DNA of 62,440 nucleotides, counting the filler, from Basidiobolus ranarum (lineage: Eukaryota): the NCBI GenBank assembly GCA_040143965.1. It is 30 parts of 30 records of this genome, joined end to end, with 100 filler letters (N's around TTAATTAATTAA, not from the genome) between each part and the next. Parts side by side here need not be neighbours in the genome. Positions count along the whole stretch, not along the records: positions 1 to 1,993 come from JASJQH010010838.1; positions 2,094 to 4,086 come from JASJQH010010839.1; positions 4,187 to 6,179 come from JASJQH010010840.1; positions 6,280 to 8,271 come from JASJQH010010841.1; positions 8,372 to 10,363 come from JASJQH010010842.1; positions 10,464 to 12,454 come from JASJQH010010843.1; 24 more parts are not named here. The stretch is one strand, 5' to 3'. Below are positions 1 to 10,854 of this stretch, piece after piece. Under the pieces are notes generated by a model. That model was not told the origin of the DNA. It did not search any database and was given only the letters and a program-made list of their open reading frames with translations. The translations under genes and the position numbers were made by a program. Position 1 is the first letter of the stretch. Every line of letters begins with the position of its first letter.

Positions 1-156
1 GGACCTTGGATCAATATATTAGAGTAAACATGATTGAAACTGATCATGCCAGAGGGTGCTGGATAGTGCCAAATTGTGCTGCATAAATTTTAGAATACTT
101 TATCCAATATGATATAAACAGTGCAATCTGGGACTATCACAGAGAACAGGTCCCTT

Positions 157-1130
157 TATTTTGGAGATATGTAGCTGCTAAATTTACTTCACCCCAATAG
201 GTCTTAAGCAGATCTGAATCAATCAGCATTATATGTGCTTTCTGCACAAAAGTCCTATTCATTCACTCTGCAACTCCATTTTATTCTGCACTATATTAAA
301 TAGTAAATTGCTGCTGAATTCCTTTTTCTTGACATAAGCTAGTCATGGCTTCATTGCTAAATTTAGTTCCATTATCACTGCATAGATATTTGATTTTTCT
401 TCCTGTTTTGCTTGTGACCATTGCTTCATATATCTTGAAATATTGAAACACTTCTCCTTTGTGCAACAGGAGATATACAATTTTGAAGTGAGGTTTGTTT
501 TCAATAAACATGAGTAAATAATGTTGCTTACTTGGTGTCAGAGTTTCCAGTGGGCTACATAAGTCTGTAAGGACAAGAGCCAACAAATCTTTGGCTTTGC
601 TGGCTCCTGCTTTTGAAATGGTTTTCTGGTGATTTTCCCTTGAATACTGCTTTCAAATTTAGTAATATCTGAGGGCTTAAGATCCATTCCAGTACATGGG
701 CTATTTTTAAATAACAGTTTCAATCAATTATAGTTCAGATGTCCCAAGCACAGATGCCAAGTCATCATGTTTCCAGAAATATGTGTTACAAAGTTACAAA
801 CCATCTCATTTATTGATGCAATATCCAGGTGATATAGATTCCCTACTCTTATTCGAGTTGCTACTATCAAGTCCTTTGATTTGTATATGGTTACTTTCCT
901 TCACTAAATTTGGCATCATAATGTTTGGGTTCAATTGCCTGTATTGAAATTAGAATTGTTGTTGAGGATGGAATATATAGGACATCTTCCAAGGTTACCA
1001 TTACCCTCTTGGTTCTACCTATTTGTAAGACAATTGTGACCTTCCCCATTCAAATACAACCAGTTTGTTTCTTCCAACTACCATGATATCAAGACCTTTT
1101 GCTCATGATATTCCACTAGGATTTCCTATG
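157..1130 (-). mobile_element. Degenerate Ty1/Copia integrase and GAG-pre-integrase region
   Basis: Translated pieces include WHLCLGHLNY, RKIKYLCSDNGTKFSNEAMTSLCQEKGIQQQFT and MLIDSDLLKTYWGE, interrupted by stops and frameshifts. Confidence 0.8.
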
Positions 1131-1294
1131 CATCTTAGCAGAGTGAACATCTCTGACTAGTATAAGTGGTGGTGGTCCTGGTCTTAAACATATTTCCCTA
1201 AACACCAATCTGTCTTTTTTTTGAAGGTTACCCTGGCTTCTTTATATGTTGGCTTCTTTGTTCAGTTTGAGAATCTGTTCTTTCTTCTTCATCT

Positions 1295-1609
1295 TGTTGA
1301 ACTACTTCCTAAAGATGGGGGTAGACTTTGTATATTAGAAGCAACTTATGATAGTGCATTAAATTTACTTTATTGTTAAGAGTATATGGCTCTTATATAG
1401 TATAGAAGTAAATCAATTGTTTGAAATATTCAGGAGCTTATGTATGAGCTATACTAAATCAGTGGGGTTAATCAGACATATTTGTTACATATATATACAG
1501 ATTTTTCTATTTAAAATGTAGAGGCTGTAGATATGTTGCTTCCAGTTTCTGTTATATTTAGCAAAACTAAAGTTAACTAAGATGTTGAATAAAGATTAAT
1601 TATCCAACA
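1295..1609. repeat. Solo LTR, family D (~315 bp)
   Basis: TGTTG...TCCAACA ends. Colinear with 34523-34839 over the full length. Confidence 0.7.
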
Positions 1610-1993
1610 GCATTACACAATGGTCATGTTCCTAGTGATAGTGCCACACTGCACTGTATCAGTCATATTAGATCAGGTACTCTAAAACTTCAGCAGCATA
1701 ATTAGGTACTATCCAGCACCCTCTGGAATCATCTATTTCAATTACAATTACTCTAATATATTGAGCCAAGATCAGATGAATTTTGGCACAATGAAATAAG
1801 TACACTAGATATCATTATTAGACTTGTTCCATTGGACCAGGTCAAATTGTGCCGCTTGATCCAGCCTGCAAGTAAACCATCTGGCACAATCTATCAATTA
1901 CCATGGCTGGGTCCTATAACACTCAATTGGACACTATAAGGAACAATATGGCACTATCCCATCACAATTGGTCATGATGAATTTTTTGGAGAT

Positions 1994-2093
1994 NNNNNNN
2001 NNNNNNNNNNNNNNNNNNNNNNNNNNNNNNNNNNNNNTTAATTAATTAANNNNNNNNNNNNNNNNNNNNNNNNNNNNNNNNNNNNNNNNNNNN
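1994..2093. other. Artificial contig spacer (first of 29 identical N44-TTAATTAATTAA-N44 linkers)
   Basis: The same 100-nt linker, which has stops in all six frames, recurs about every 2.08 kb (for example 4087-4186, 6180-6279 and last 60368-60467). Contig lengths fall monotonically from 1993 to 1973 bp. Confidence 0.99.
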
Positions 2094-2095
2094 AT

Positions 2096-2371
2096 CTCCT
2101 GAAATATACGAGTTTAGGCTCCGTCTTGGCTTTTGACGCGTTCAACTTGGTAGATAAATTATTGACACAACCGCTACAAATCATTGTTGGTGAGGTTCAA
2201 GGCGCCTTTGGCTCTTACAAAGATGGCCATGAATTATATAACCGAGCAGCATCAAAGAAGAAGCATCTATACATCGTAAAGGGTGTCAGTCACTATGATC
2301 TATACGATAAACCGGAACCAGTTAGGGAAGCTGTTAAACAGTTAGAAACTTTCTATAAAGAAAACCTATAA
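2096..2371 (+). CDS. C-terminal part of a bacterial-type alpha/beta hydrolase (YcjY/dienelactone hydrolase-like), 5'-truncated
   Basis: Open from the contig edge: LLKYTSLGSVLAFDAF...QPLQIIVG...GAFGSYKDG...GVSHYDLYD...FYKENL*. Contains the catalytic-His motif H-Y-D-L-Y-D and has normal CpG content. Confidence 0.8.
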   Translation, partial: LLKYTSLGSVLAFDAFNLVDKLLTQPLQIIVGEVQGAFGSYKDGHELYNRAASKKKHLYIVKGVSHYDLYDKPEPVREAVKQLETFYKENL

Positions 2372-2666
2372 TAAACTACTGGTTGTTAATATCCACCTTA
2401 ACATATTTCTCACAGACGACCACAAATTTTGAACACATTCCTAAACATTTCGGTTTGTTTATATCTTGACAATGTATCAATAGTATAAATAGCCACTTGA
2501 AGGCCAATACATTCCCTCATAACCTACATAACTTTAAGATAGTTATTCAATTCAGGGTCATTTGTGTAAAAGTTACTAAGAATTGAATGCAAGTATTTTG
2601 CTGATATCTCAGGATGCCTTACTGGCTTGATTACTATATAAGTCTAGTAAATTTAAGAGTAGAAAG

Positions 2667-2921
2667 TTGTTGGCAGCTCGTCCTACTATAACTATCCGTC
2701 CTGATGCCAACGAAGTACCAACTAGCTCAACATCCTCAACAACTCCCACGTCCACTCCAGGAAACGAAATATGTAAAGACTTTCCAGCACGGAACGCGGG
2801 GACTGGTTGCAATGGAGCAGCCAAGGTAACCTACAAAGGGCATTTGTGGCAGGCCAGATGGTGGACTCAAAATGAAAATCCTGATACCTGTAGCGTTTGA
2901 ACTGATTTAGGCGCGTGCTAA
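2667..2921 (+). pseudogene. Ser/Thr linker plus CBM5/12 (ChtBD3) chitin-binding module, probably pseudogenised
   Basis: KVTYKGHLWQARWWTQNENP is the CBM5/12 signature. A TGA at 2898-2900 replaces the expected Trp and is followed in frame by TDLGAC*. Confidence 0.75.
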
Positions 2922-2972
2922 GCACTCATGATTTGTAGTAAACAATGATCATCATAAACTGATACCAATAAA

Positions 2973-3024
2973 CCAATTAATAACACTCTTAAATTACACC
3001 AATTGATAACACTCTTAAATTACA
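2973..3024. repeat. 26-bp direct tandem duplication
   Basis: ccaatt(a/g)ataacactcttaaattaca, two copies. Confidence 0.85.
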
Positions 3025-4006
3025 CTCTTCCTTGTAAGAATGATTAAGTCACTAGTAAGTTGTATTTAAGTAATCCAACTTGATATATAAAATCATCTAA
3101 ACAGGCTCTTGGTTTAATATAACCTAATTCTAACGCTGTATCATTAGAAAAGTATTCATAGACAGGAAATACTTGTCACACCTTCTAAATGAACGTGGGG
3201 ATTGCCATATCTTTTTCCTGATAAGGTTATTACTAATATAGCATTATAATCTTTATACTGGTTTAGAATTTCTTGTTTTGGAAAACTTTTGAGATTCCTG
3301 GGTCCATTTACTATCTTTGTATTTCGACCTTTTGAATCTGTTGAAACGTATGAAGCAATTGTGCATTACCAATTAAAATATACCGAAGATTGAATATTTC
3401 TCTATATATTCTATGATTCACTAATATTCAATGGCGCGCGATGATAAACAAAATACAACCAAATCAGCTGAGAGCACCAGAAGAGTGAGCTTTGATATCT
3501 ATGTGTATATACAAATAGTAGAAAATTACTTGATGAACTCATACTATCCGTTCCTAACCTCATATTTACCACATTCATGTTAATATCCTCGCATAAGATT
3601 CTAAAAATTATCAGCCCTGATGAATTGATCTTTGACAATCAATGCAAGTTAGCTACAGGGAAATTGATGAATTTCAAGAACTCCACAAAACTTATTTGAG
3701 AAGTTTTATGGAATCAATTGCAACAAAGTACTTTTAATGTGAATATCCCTAATACCATTACTTGGTTCACATTTCTTGCAAGAGGGTGTCATGGTAATCA
3801 TATTAAACTGTATGTATTACCTGTTAAATAAGCCTATACTGCAACCATTAATCTTAACAAGGTATTCAATACTATATTTGCTGAAAATGCTACAGTTTAA
3901 GCCTCTATAAAGTCACATATATATATACCTAAATTTTGCTGTTATTATCCAATATCTTAACTTGGAGTATTTTTACTATTTGGTGCTAAAATTAATATAG
4001 TGTAAA

Positions 4007-4086
4007 TGTTTAAGTATTTGGGAGACTGTTGGAAGTGGTTTGGAGAATTAGAGGAATTGGTGGTTTTCACTTATTGATTTATTGAG
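4007..4086 (-). repeat. Copia LTR family A, partial
   Basis: Matches the reverse complement of the LTR end at 30425-30772 and 20379-20727. Confidence 0.85.
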
Positions 4087-4186
4087 NNNNNNNNNNNNNN
4101 NNNNNNNNNNNNNNNNNNNNNNNNNNNNNNTTAATTAATTAANNNNNNNNNNNNNNNNNNNNNNNNNNNNNNNNNNNNNNNNNNNN

Positions 4187-4895
4187 GGTATTTCTAGGAA
4201 AGCTGCAAGACAGACTTCTTGGTGAGATAGATCCAGATGCACAGTATTATTGTTTTAGCCATGGGGCAATCTATTGAAGTAGTGACACATCTACTTGTGG
4301 CAGGACATTTGTTGACTGCAAGTCAGGGATATATTGGCTGAATTCTTTAGGGAAATTTGCCAAAATCCCAGAGCTTATTCCCATTGTGAACAGTAACAAG
4401 AGTCAGCTATTTGCCAAGTGTCAGTGCTGTTCAAAACTTCAGATGTTTAGCTATATTTTCACCATTAGTTTACTGGTGAAGCTGATTAATGCTGCAGAGT
4501 TATGTCTGATAAGTCAAGTATGTGCATATGTAGAGACTAAACACACCAAGATTCTTGTATTTTTTGATTCTCAATATGGCAGGAATACAAAGCCTAAAAT
4601 ATCTAAATAAAGGCATGCATATTAACTCAAATTCCTATAGCAGTAAACCCAATAATTTGCCATTCAAAAATCATATTTTGCAAAAACTGCCAGAATTTAA
4701 TAATGCATGCCAAACATGAGGATCATAATTTCCACATGTATGAATACTGTCATAATACCATCAAGAAACCACCATCACACCATCAAAATACCTGGCAGAA
4801 TACAAGCCACCAATATTACAACAGTTCTCTGATGGTTTTGTAATTTAGAAGGGTGGATCCAATCCAGATCAAATCAATTTTATTTATTTTAAGGG
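4187..4895 (+). mobile_element. Element C (CACTA/CMC-like): transposase 3' end and right terminus
   Basis: Same sequence as 10464-10854, 45930-46581 and 56319-56683. Ends in a degenerate ...ttttgttaggg terminus. Confidence 0.8.
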
Positions 4896-5999
4896 ACTTA
4901 CTTCATGTTGCTTATCCTGGGTTTTTGCAAGCAAATGGCAACTGGGCTAGTATACGCTTATTCCTGAAACATCTCAAGCATGTATGCAATTATTGGCTTT
5001 GAAAAGAAAGAAAAGTGGTTTAAGAAATACTAATGCAGCAGGAAGTTAGTAAACCCAAGAGAAAAGCAAAGGAGCTAAGGAGTTTAGGCTCTACTATACC
5101 ACTTACCAAATTCTTCAAACCATTACAAAGTTCTGTATTTCCAGAGTCAGATACACCAGCAAAAAAGCTTAATTTCACCATGGAACCAGGGACAACAGTT
5201 GGATGAGTACTAAATTTGGAAGTTTATCCAACACCTGGCATCTCCTAGCAAGCCAAAACACCAGCAAATAAAACTCATGGCTCTCCAACCTCAACTGGTC
5301 CTTTTCAAAGTGTTGAAATTAGCTCCATAGTTAAAGGCAAATAAAAAACTGTGCAAACACCTCTAAGCACCCTCAGTAATGTCACACTGTAAGGATATAT
5401 AAGAATAGTAAAAGTCCTTGAGGAGTATTTTCAAAAGTATGAAGGAAAAAAGATATGTAAGTATGCAGAGAATGGTTTCATAAGAACATTCACCTGGACA
5501 TTCAGTCTGGTGATGACCATCAAGATGTCTGGTAAGAACTTGATACAGAGTGGCAAAATAATGCGGGGCATCTGCCAGATAGCTGCAAGAATATTGATTC
5601 AGCAACATTAATACAATGGTGGGCTTTGATGGAGATATTGATACAAACTTGAGTTGGATATGAGCTAAATCTTAGGTCTTAAGAACTCTACAAAAATAAT
5701 TGGGAGAATATATCAATAAAAGTAGGGATATCAAGGGTGACCAATTAGCATCAAGTTGTAAATGTGTAAAGTTGGTGTTATGTTTTTTGAACATGTGTTG
5801 ATCTATAGTTTAGCAAGATTGTAGCCAATCATGTGCAACTATCTTGCAAGATCTTGAAATTTCAATCCTGAAACTGAAAACACTGATTAAAATCAAATCT
5901 AACTTGAAGATATTATGATAGTAAGTAAATGGTCAATCTCAAATGGATCAAAGTTGTGATGGTTTTCCTACAGTAACAATCCTCAAATTTCTGTTATGG
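4896..5999 (-). mobile_element. Element C: ORF2 3' part and left terminus, abutting a Copia integrase remnant (about 6060-6179)
   Basis: Colinear with 6516-7614 and ends aaatttctgttatgg (degenerate TTAGGG). Confidence 0.75.
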
Positions 6000-6279
6000 A
6001 TACTACTGGTCCAAAAATTCTGAGATGATTCAGATCAGGTTTGTTTCCAGTTCAGATTTTAATAGGAGTGTCAGAGTCATGGTTGCTATGCATTGGATTT
6101 CTATTTTGGAGATATCTAGGCATTAAATTTGCTTTACCCTAATAGGTCTTAGGCAGATCTGAATCAAGCAGCATTGTACNNNNNNNNNNNNNNNNNNNNN
6201 NNNNNNNNNNNNNNNNNNNNNNNTTAATTAATTAANNNNNNNNNNNNNNNNNNNNNNNNNNNNNNNNNNNNNNNNNNNN

Positions 6280-7614
6280 TTGTGTGACATGAAGCCTACA
6301 CAACAACCTGATATCACTTGGGGACATGAATGTCGAAATCTCATAGGAAACCTGGCACACCAAAAGACTCTGAATGGCAGTGCTGCCATCCATTGCTCTG
6401 ACGATAAGTGGTTCAACAATTTGGAAACTGTATTAAATCTTGCTCAAAATCACCTTGATTTGAGCCAATAGTGGAAAAACCAAAAACCAGCCAAGACTCA
6501 GAAGGTTCTTGTCTTATTACATGCGGCTTATCCTGGGTTTTTGCCAACAAATGGCAATTGGGCAAGTATAGGCCTATGCACAAAACATCTCAAAAATGCA
6601 GGCAATTAGTGACCTAGAAAAGAAAGAAAAGCAGCTAAACAAGTACTCAAGGAGCAGGAAGCTAGTAAACCCAAGCAGAAAGCAAATGAGCTAGTGAGTT
6701 TAGCTCTACTTTCCCACTTATCAAATCCTTTGCACCATTATATAGATCTGTATTTCCAGAGTCAGACATATTAGCAAAAAAGCTTAACTTCACTACGGAA
6801 CCAGGAATACCATATGAAGAGTGCTACATTTGGCAGTTTATCCAACATCAGGCACCTCTCAACAAGCTAAAATACCAGAAAACAAAATCCATTGCTCTCC
6901 AGCCCCAACTGGTATTTTCAACATATTGCAATTAGACCCAAACTTAAAGGCAAGCAAAAAGCGACAAAAACACCGCAAAGCACTATCAGTAGTGTCACAA
7001 TATAAGGACATATGAGAATAGGAAAAGTGCTTGGGAGTACTTTTTAAATTAAGAAGAAAAAACATAATGCAAGTATGCAGAAAGTGGCTTCAGTAGAAAA
7101 ACATTCAACTTCCAATTCAGTCTGGTGTTGACTAAGCAGTTATCCGGGAAGAACTTAGTACAGAGAGGCATATCACAGCAGGGCATCTGCCAGATAGCTG
7201 AAAGAATGTTGATTCTGCAATGTTAATATAATGGTGGCCTTTGATGGAAATATTGTTTCAAGCTCATGTTGAATATGAGTTAAACCTTTGGTATGAAGAA
7301 CTCTATAAGAATACTTGGGAGAAAATATCAAAGATACTAGGGATTTTGAAGGCATCAAGTTAGTGTTCAAGTGATGTATGTGTAGAATATGAGTTATGTT
7401 TTTACGAATGGGTTGATCCATAGTTCTCTGAAATTGTTGCCAATCACATGCAACTATTCTGCAAGATCTTGGAATTTCACTCCTGAAACTGAAAAAATAA
7501 ACTAAAATCAAGTCTAACTTTACAACTCCACAATGGTGATTAAGCTGTCAACTCAAAATGGATTAAAATTGTGCCAGTTTTCCTGCAATAATTATTATCA
7601 AGTTTCTGTCAGGG
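6280..7614 (-). mobile_element. Element C: degenerate ORF2 (encoded on + here) and left terminus
   Basis: Reads ...DDKWFNNLETVLNLAQNHLDLSQ*WKNQ...LHAAYPGFLPTNGNWASIGL..., with terminus agtttctgtcaggg at 7614. Confidence 0.8.
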
Positions 7615-7701
7615 CAGAATTAATAAAAATAATAGCAGGCCTTCTCCCAACATTGGTGTAGTGGTATGAGAAGGATATTGTAGAAAAAGAATACCTCCTA
7701 T

Positions 7702-8271
7702 CCCTAACAAAAATAAAATCTATTTGATCCAAATAGGATCCACCCTCCAAAATAGCAAAAGCATCAGAGAACTGTCACAATATTGGTGGCTTGCATTCTG
7801 CTAGGGATTTTGATGGTGTAACAGCAGTTTCTTGATTGTATTTTTATGATTTTCATACATGTTAAAATATGATCCTCAAATTTGGCCAGCATTATTCAAT
7901 ATCTGGCAATTTTTGCAAAAACCTAATTTTCAAATGGTAAATTACTGGGTTTACTGCTGTAGGAAATGAAATTAATATGCATGCATATATTTGGATATTT
8001 TAGGCTATGTATTCCAGCCATAATGAGAATCAAAAAATACAAGAATCTTGTTGTGTTTAGTCCCTCCATATGCACATACTTGACTGAATAAGCATAACTT
8101 AACAACATCAATATGCTTTACCAGCACACTAATGGTGCAAAAATTGCTAAACATCTGAAATTTTGAATAGCACTGACACTTGGCAAATAGCTGACTCTTG
8201 TTACCAGTCACAATGAGAATAAGCTCTCGGATTTTGGCAAATTTCCGTAAGTAATTTAGCCAATATATCCC
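7702..8271 (-). mobile_element. Element C right terminus
   Basis: Begins CCCTAACAAAAATAAAATC and is the reverse complement of 4330-4895. Confidence 0.85.
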
Positions 8272-8371
8272 NNNNNNNNNNNNNNNNNNNNNNNNNNNNN
8301 NNNNNNNNNNNNNNNTTAATTAATTAANNNNNNNNNNNNNNNNNNNNNNNNNNNNNNNNNNNNNNNNNNNN

Positions 8372-8800
8372 TGAACTAGGCAGAGAAAGGGCATTTCCAC
8401 TAATTTGAAGTTGGTGGGGCTTCAGTAAGGAAGTATTTTGTTGGCCAAAGGCCTCATCCCCTTCTTTAGGCTGATATTCTGCACTACGTGATAAGGCATC
8501 AGGCTTTCCTTGCAGGCTAACTGGTCAATATGTAATCACAAAATCAAAACTGGCAAAAAATAATGACCATCTTGCTTGAGGACAGTTGACCACCTTGGTT
8601 GTACTAAAATACTGAAGATTATTGTGATCATAATAAACTGTGATTTTGTGATTTGCTCCATTCAAGTACTATTGCCATTGCTCAAATGCAGCAATAATTG
8701 CTAACAGTTCCTTGTCACAGATGGCATAGTTGATTTATGCTGCAGAAATTTCTCAAATCAAAGCCTATAGGGTGCTGTAGTTGTTTTAGGTTGTAAGCAG
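8372..8800 (-). mobile_element. Degenerate Ty3/Gypsy RNase H
   Basis: NYAICDKELLAIIAAFEQW...DHNNLQYF...[17 protein letters not shown]...KPDALSR. Confidence 0.85.
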
Positions 8801-9315
8801 CAACTATAACTGCAATATCCTAAGGGTTTTGTGAGGTGTTCAAAGGGTGCAATAACCATGGTTGAATAACTCTGGGATGTACCAAAATATCAGTCTGTCT
8901 CTTGCCTCTTGGGTCTTTGTATAAGGGAATCAAACCTCTAAAAATATCTTAGGACTGATAAACCACAATGCAATGTCCAGCTTTCTGTTGAATAATATGC
9001 TGGTGCCTGACAAAAGAATATACTGGCTTCAATGTCATTTGAGTATGATCAGATAAAGAGGGTATATCCAATCAAAAATAACTGTAAACTCAGCCAGCAG
9101 GGTCTTGAACAAGGATGCACTAGTAGTGATATATCTGAGGATATGAAAAGTTCCTTGCCTATGCAGACAAAGTTACGGAAAAAAATATAAATTATCAGAA
9201 ATATAACACCTTCCTGTCAGTACTTTCTTTGAGCCGGTCAAGTCCTCCTAGTCACATAGTAGCCTGTAACTGCCTCTAGTAGTCTCTCTTGAGCTTTCTC
9301 TTCAAAGATCTCATG

Positions 9316-10363
9316 TGCAGTGATGAAAATAAGGGGTGATTACAAGCAGTGATTGTTAGTTGAAAACCAGGATGATTTTTATTTGAGAAGATATGGCCCC
9401 TATTTATACTTTTCTTAAGGTAGATACAATTACTAATGAGAATTTTTGGAAAGTTCCACAGAATTATATTGGTAGGGATCTGGAGTTATGATATCATCAT
9501 AAATCATAAGATTTGTAATCCATGGAATGTTCCAGAAGATTGTAGAATTTTCCAGAAAATAATAGGGCTTATGTGGGTTAATACTGAAACATCTGAAATG
9601 ATAGGGGATAATATCAATGGTGTGATCTAATTGGCCGGAAAATTTGGGTAAGTCAAATATGGATAATAAAATAAGAATTGTCCAATAGTAATGATATGAG
9701 CTTGAAGTGTAAATAAGTCAACCTGCCAGTGGGTAGCAATGCTCACTGCATCCCCCCCCTCTGAATTTTCAACTCAAGTGAAAAACTAAACTCCATAGGT
9801 TTAGTTGTTTCCTCTAGTCTTGAATAATTTTAGTCAGTTCCCTGTTACTGGTAGTCTGAGTTCTATTCCAACTAGTTCTGCAGTGTAATAGCTTCTATTA
9901 CCTATAACTTCAACAATTTTGTATGGGCCTCTCCATTGGTTGTCAAACTTCCTGCTCCATTGTTTGTCAAGAGTGAAATCATATTCCAGGACAAGGTCAT
10001 CAAGTTGTAGTGGCTTAGGTTAGAGGGGATGGGTTTTGTCAAAGTAGTCCTTATTAGTATATCTAGCTTTCTTCATTTCTTCAGCAGCTTTTTCTACATG
10101 AACATGGTTTCTGTCAATTTGGGTTATCCTATTAATGAGAAGTTCTTTGGTGGTCATGCTAGTCTTCCAGTTGAAAGTGTTCCAAGCTGTGGCTTTAGTT
10201 TCAATGGGAAGGATGCATTCTTGTCCAAAAATCAGTCTGTAAGGTGACATTCCAGTTGTTCTTTTTGTAGTGATTCTGTCAGCCCATAGTGCCAAGTCTA
10301 GTTTTTGTGGCCAAAGTTGTGATTTGCTTGGCAGGAACTTGACTATTGAGTTCACCAAGGATC
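9316..10363 (-). mobile_element. 3' end of a non-chromodomain Ty3/Gypsy element: integrase C-terminus with GPY/F (9801-10363), PPT (9751-9762) and 3' LTR (9316-9750)
   Basis: Translation gives ALWADRITTKRTTGMSPYRLIFG...KFDNQWRGPYKI. AGAGGGGGGGGA lies directly before the LTR, which is bounded by a perfect 8-bp inverted repeat TGCAGTGA...TCACTGCA. Confidence 0.85.
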
Positions 10364-10463
10364 NNNNNNNNNNNNNNNNNNNNNNNNNNNNNNNNNNNNN
10401 NNNNNNNTTAATTAATTAANNNNNNNNNNNNNNNNNNNNNNNNNNNNNNNNNNNNNNNNNNNN

Positions 10464-10854
10464 GAATTATGTCTAATCAGTCAAATATGTGCATATGCAG
10501 AGACTAAACACAACAAGATTCTTGTATTTTTGATTCTCATTATGGCTGGAATACAAAGCCTGAAATATCTAAATAAAGGCATACATATTAATTCAAATAC
10601 CTACAGCAGAAAACCCAGTAATGTTTCTGTTGAAAATTAGGTTTTTGCCAAAATTGCAGGATATTGAATAACATACGCCAAATTTGAGGATCAATATTTT
10701 AACATATATGAATACCATCAGAATACAATCAAGAAACCACCATCAAAATCCATGGCAGAATGCAAGCCACCAATGTTATGACAGTTCTCTGATGGTTGTG
10801 CTATTTTGGAGGGTGGATCCAATCTGGATCAAATCAATTTTATTTTTGTCAGGG
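10464..10854 (+). mobile_element. Element C right end inserted into a Copia gag
   Basis: Terminus ttttgtcaggg at 10854 is followed immediately by gag-like sequence. Confidence 0.8.

Larger units (their letters stand above)
1..1773. repeat. ~150-bp imperfect inverted repeat pair (1-152 and 1622-1773)
   Basis: The reverse complement of 1-82 (gcagcacaatttggcactatccagcaccctctgg...) aligns with 1693-1773 (gcagcataattaggtactatccagcaccctctgg...), and the match extends to about 152/1622. Confidence 0.8.

Noticed and set aside
1290..1614. Target-site duplications around solo LTRs D and G
   Set aside because: The 5-bp flanks do not match (catct/gcatt, cacca/ctttg, atcac/ttgta), so no TSD is claimed.
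2038..2049. Palindromic TTAATTAATTAA recurring about every 2.08 kb, superficially like a regularly spaced array
   Set aside because: It is an artificial linker embedded in N runs, not CRISPR or any biological periodicity.
2898..2900. TGA read as Trp (alternative genetic code)
   Set aside because: Intact genes in the window use TGG for Trp, and this module has other lesions.
6228..6419. ORFs in the track that run into X stretches or end in ...LIN
   Set aside because: Their boundaries are set by the spacers. Only the parts with recognisable motifs were kept.
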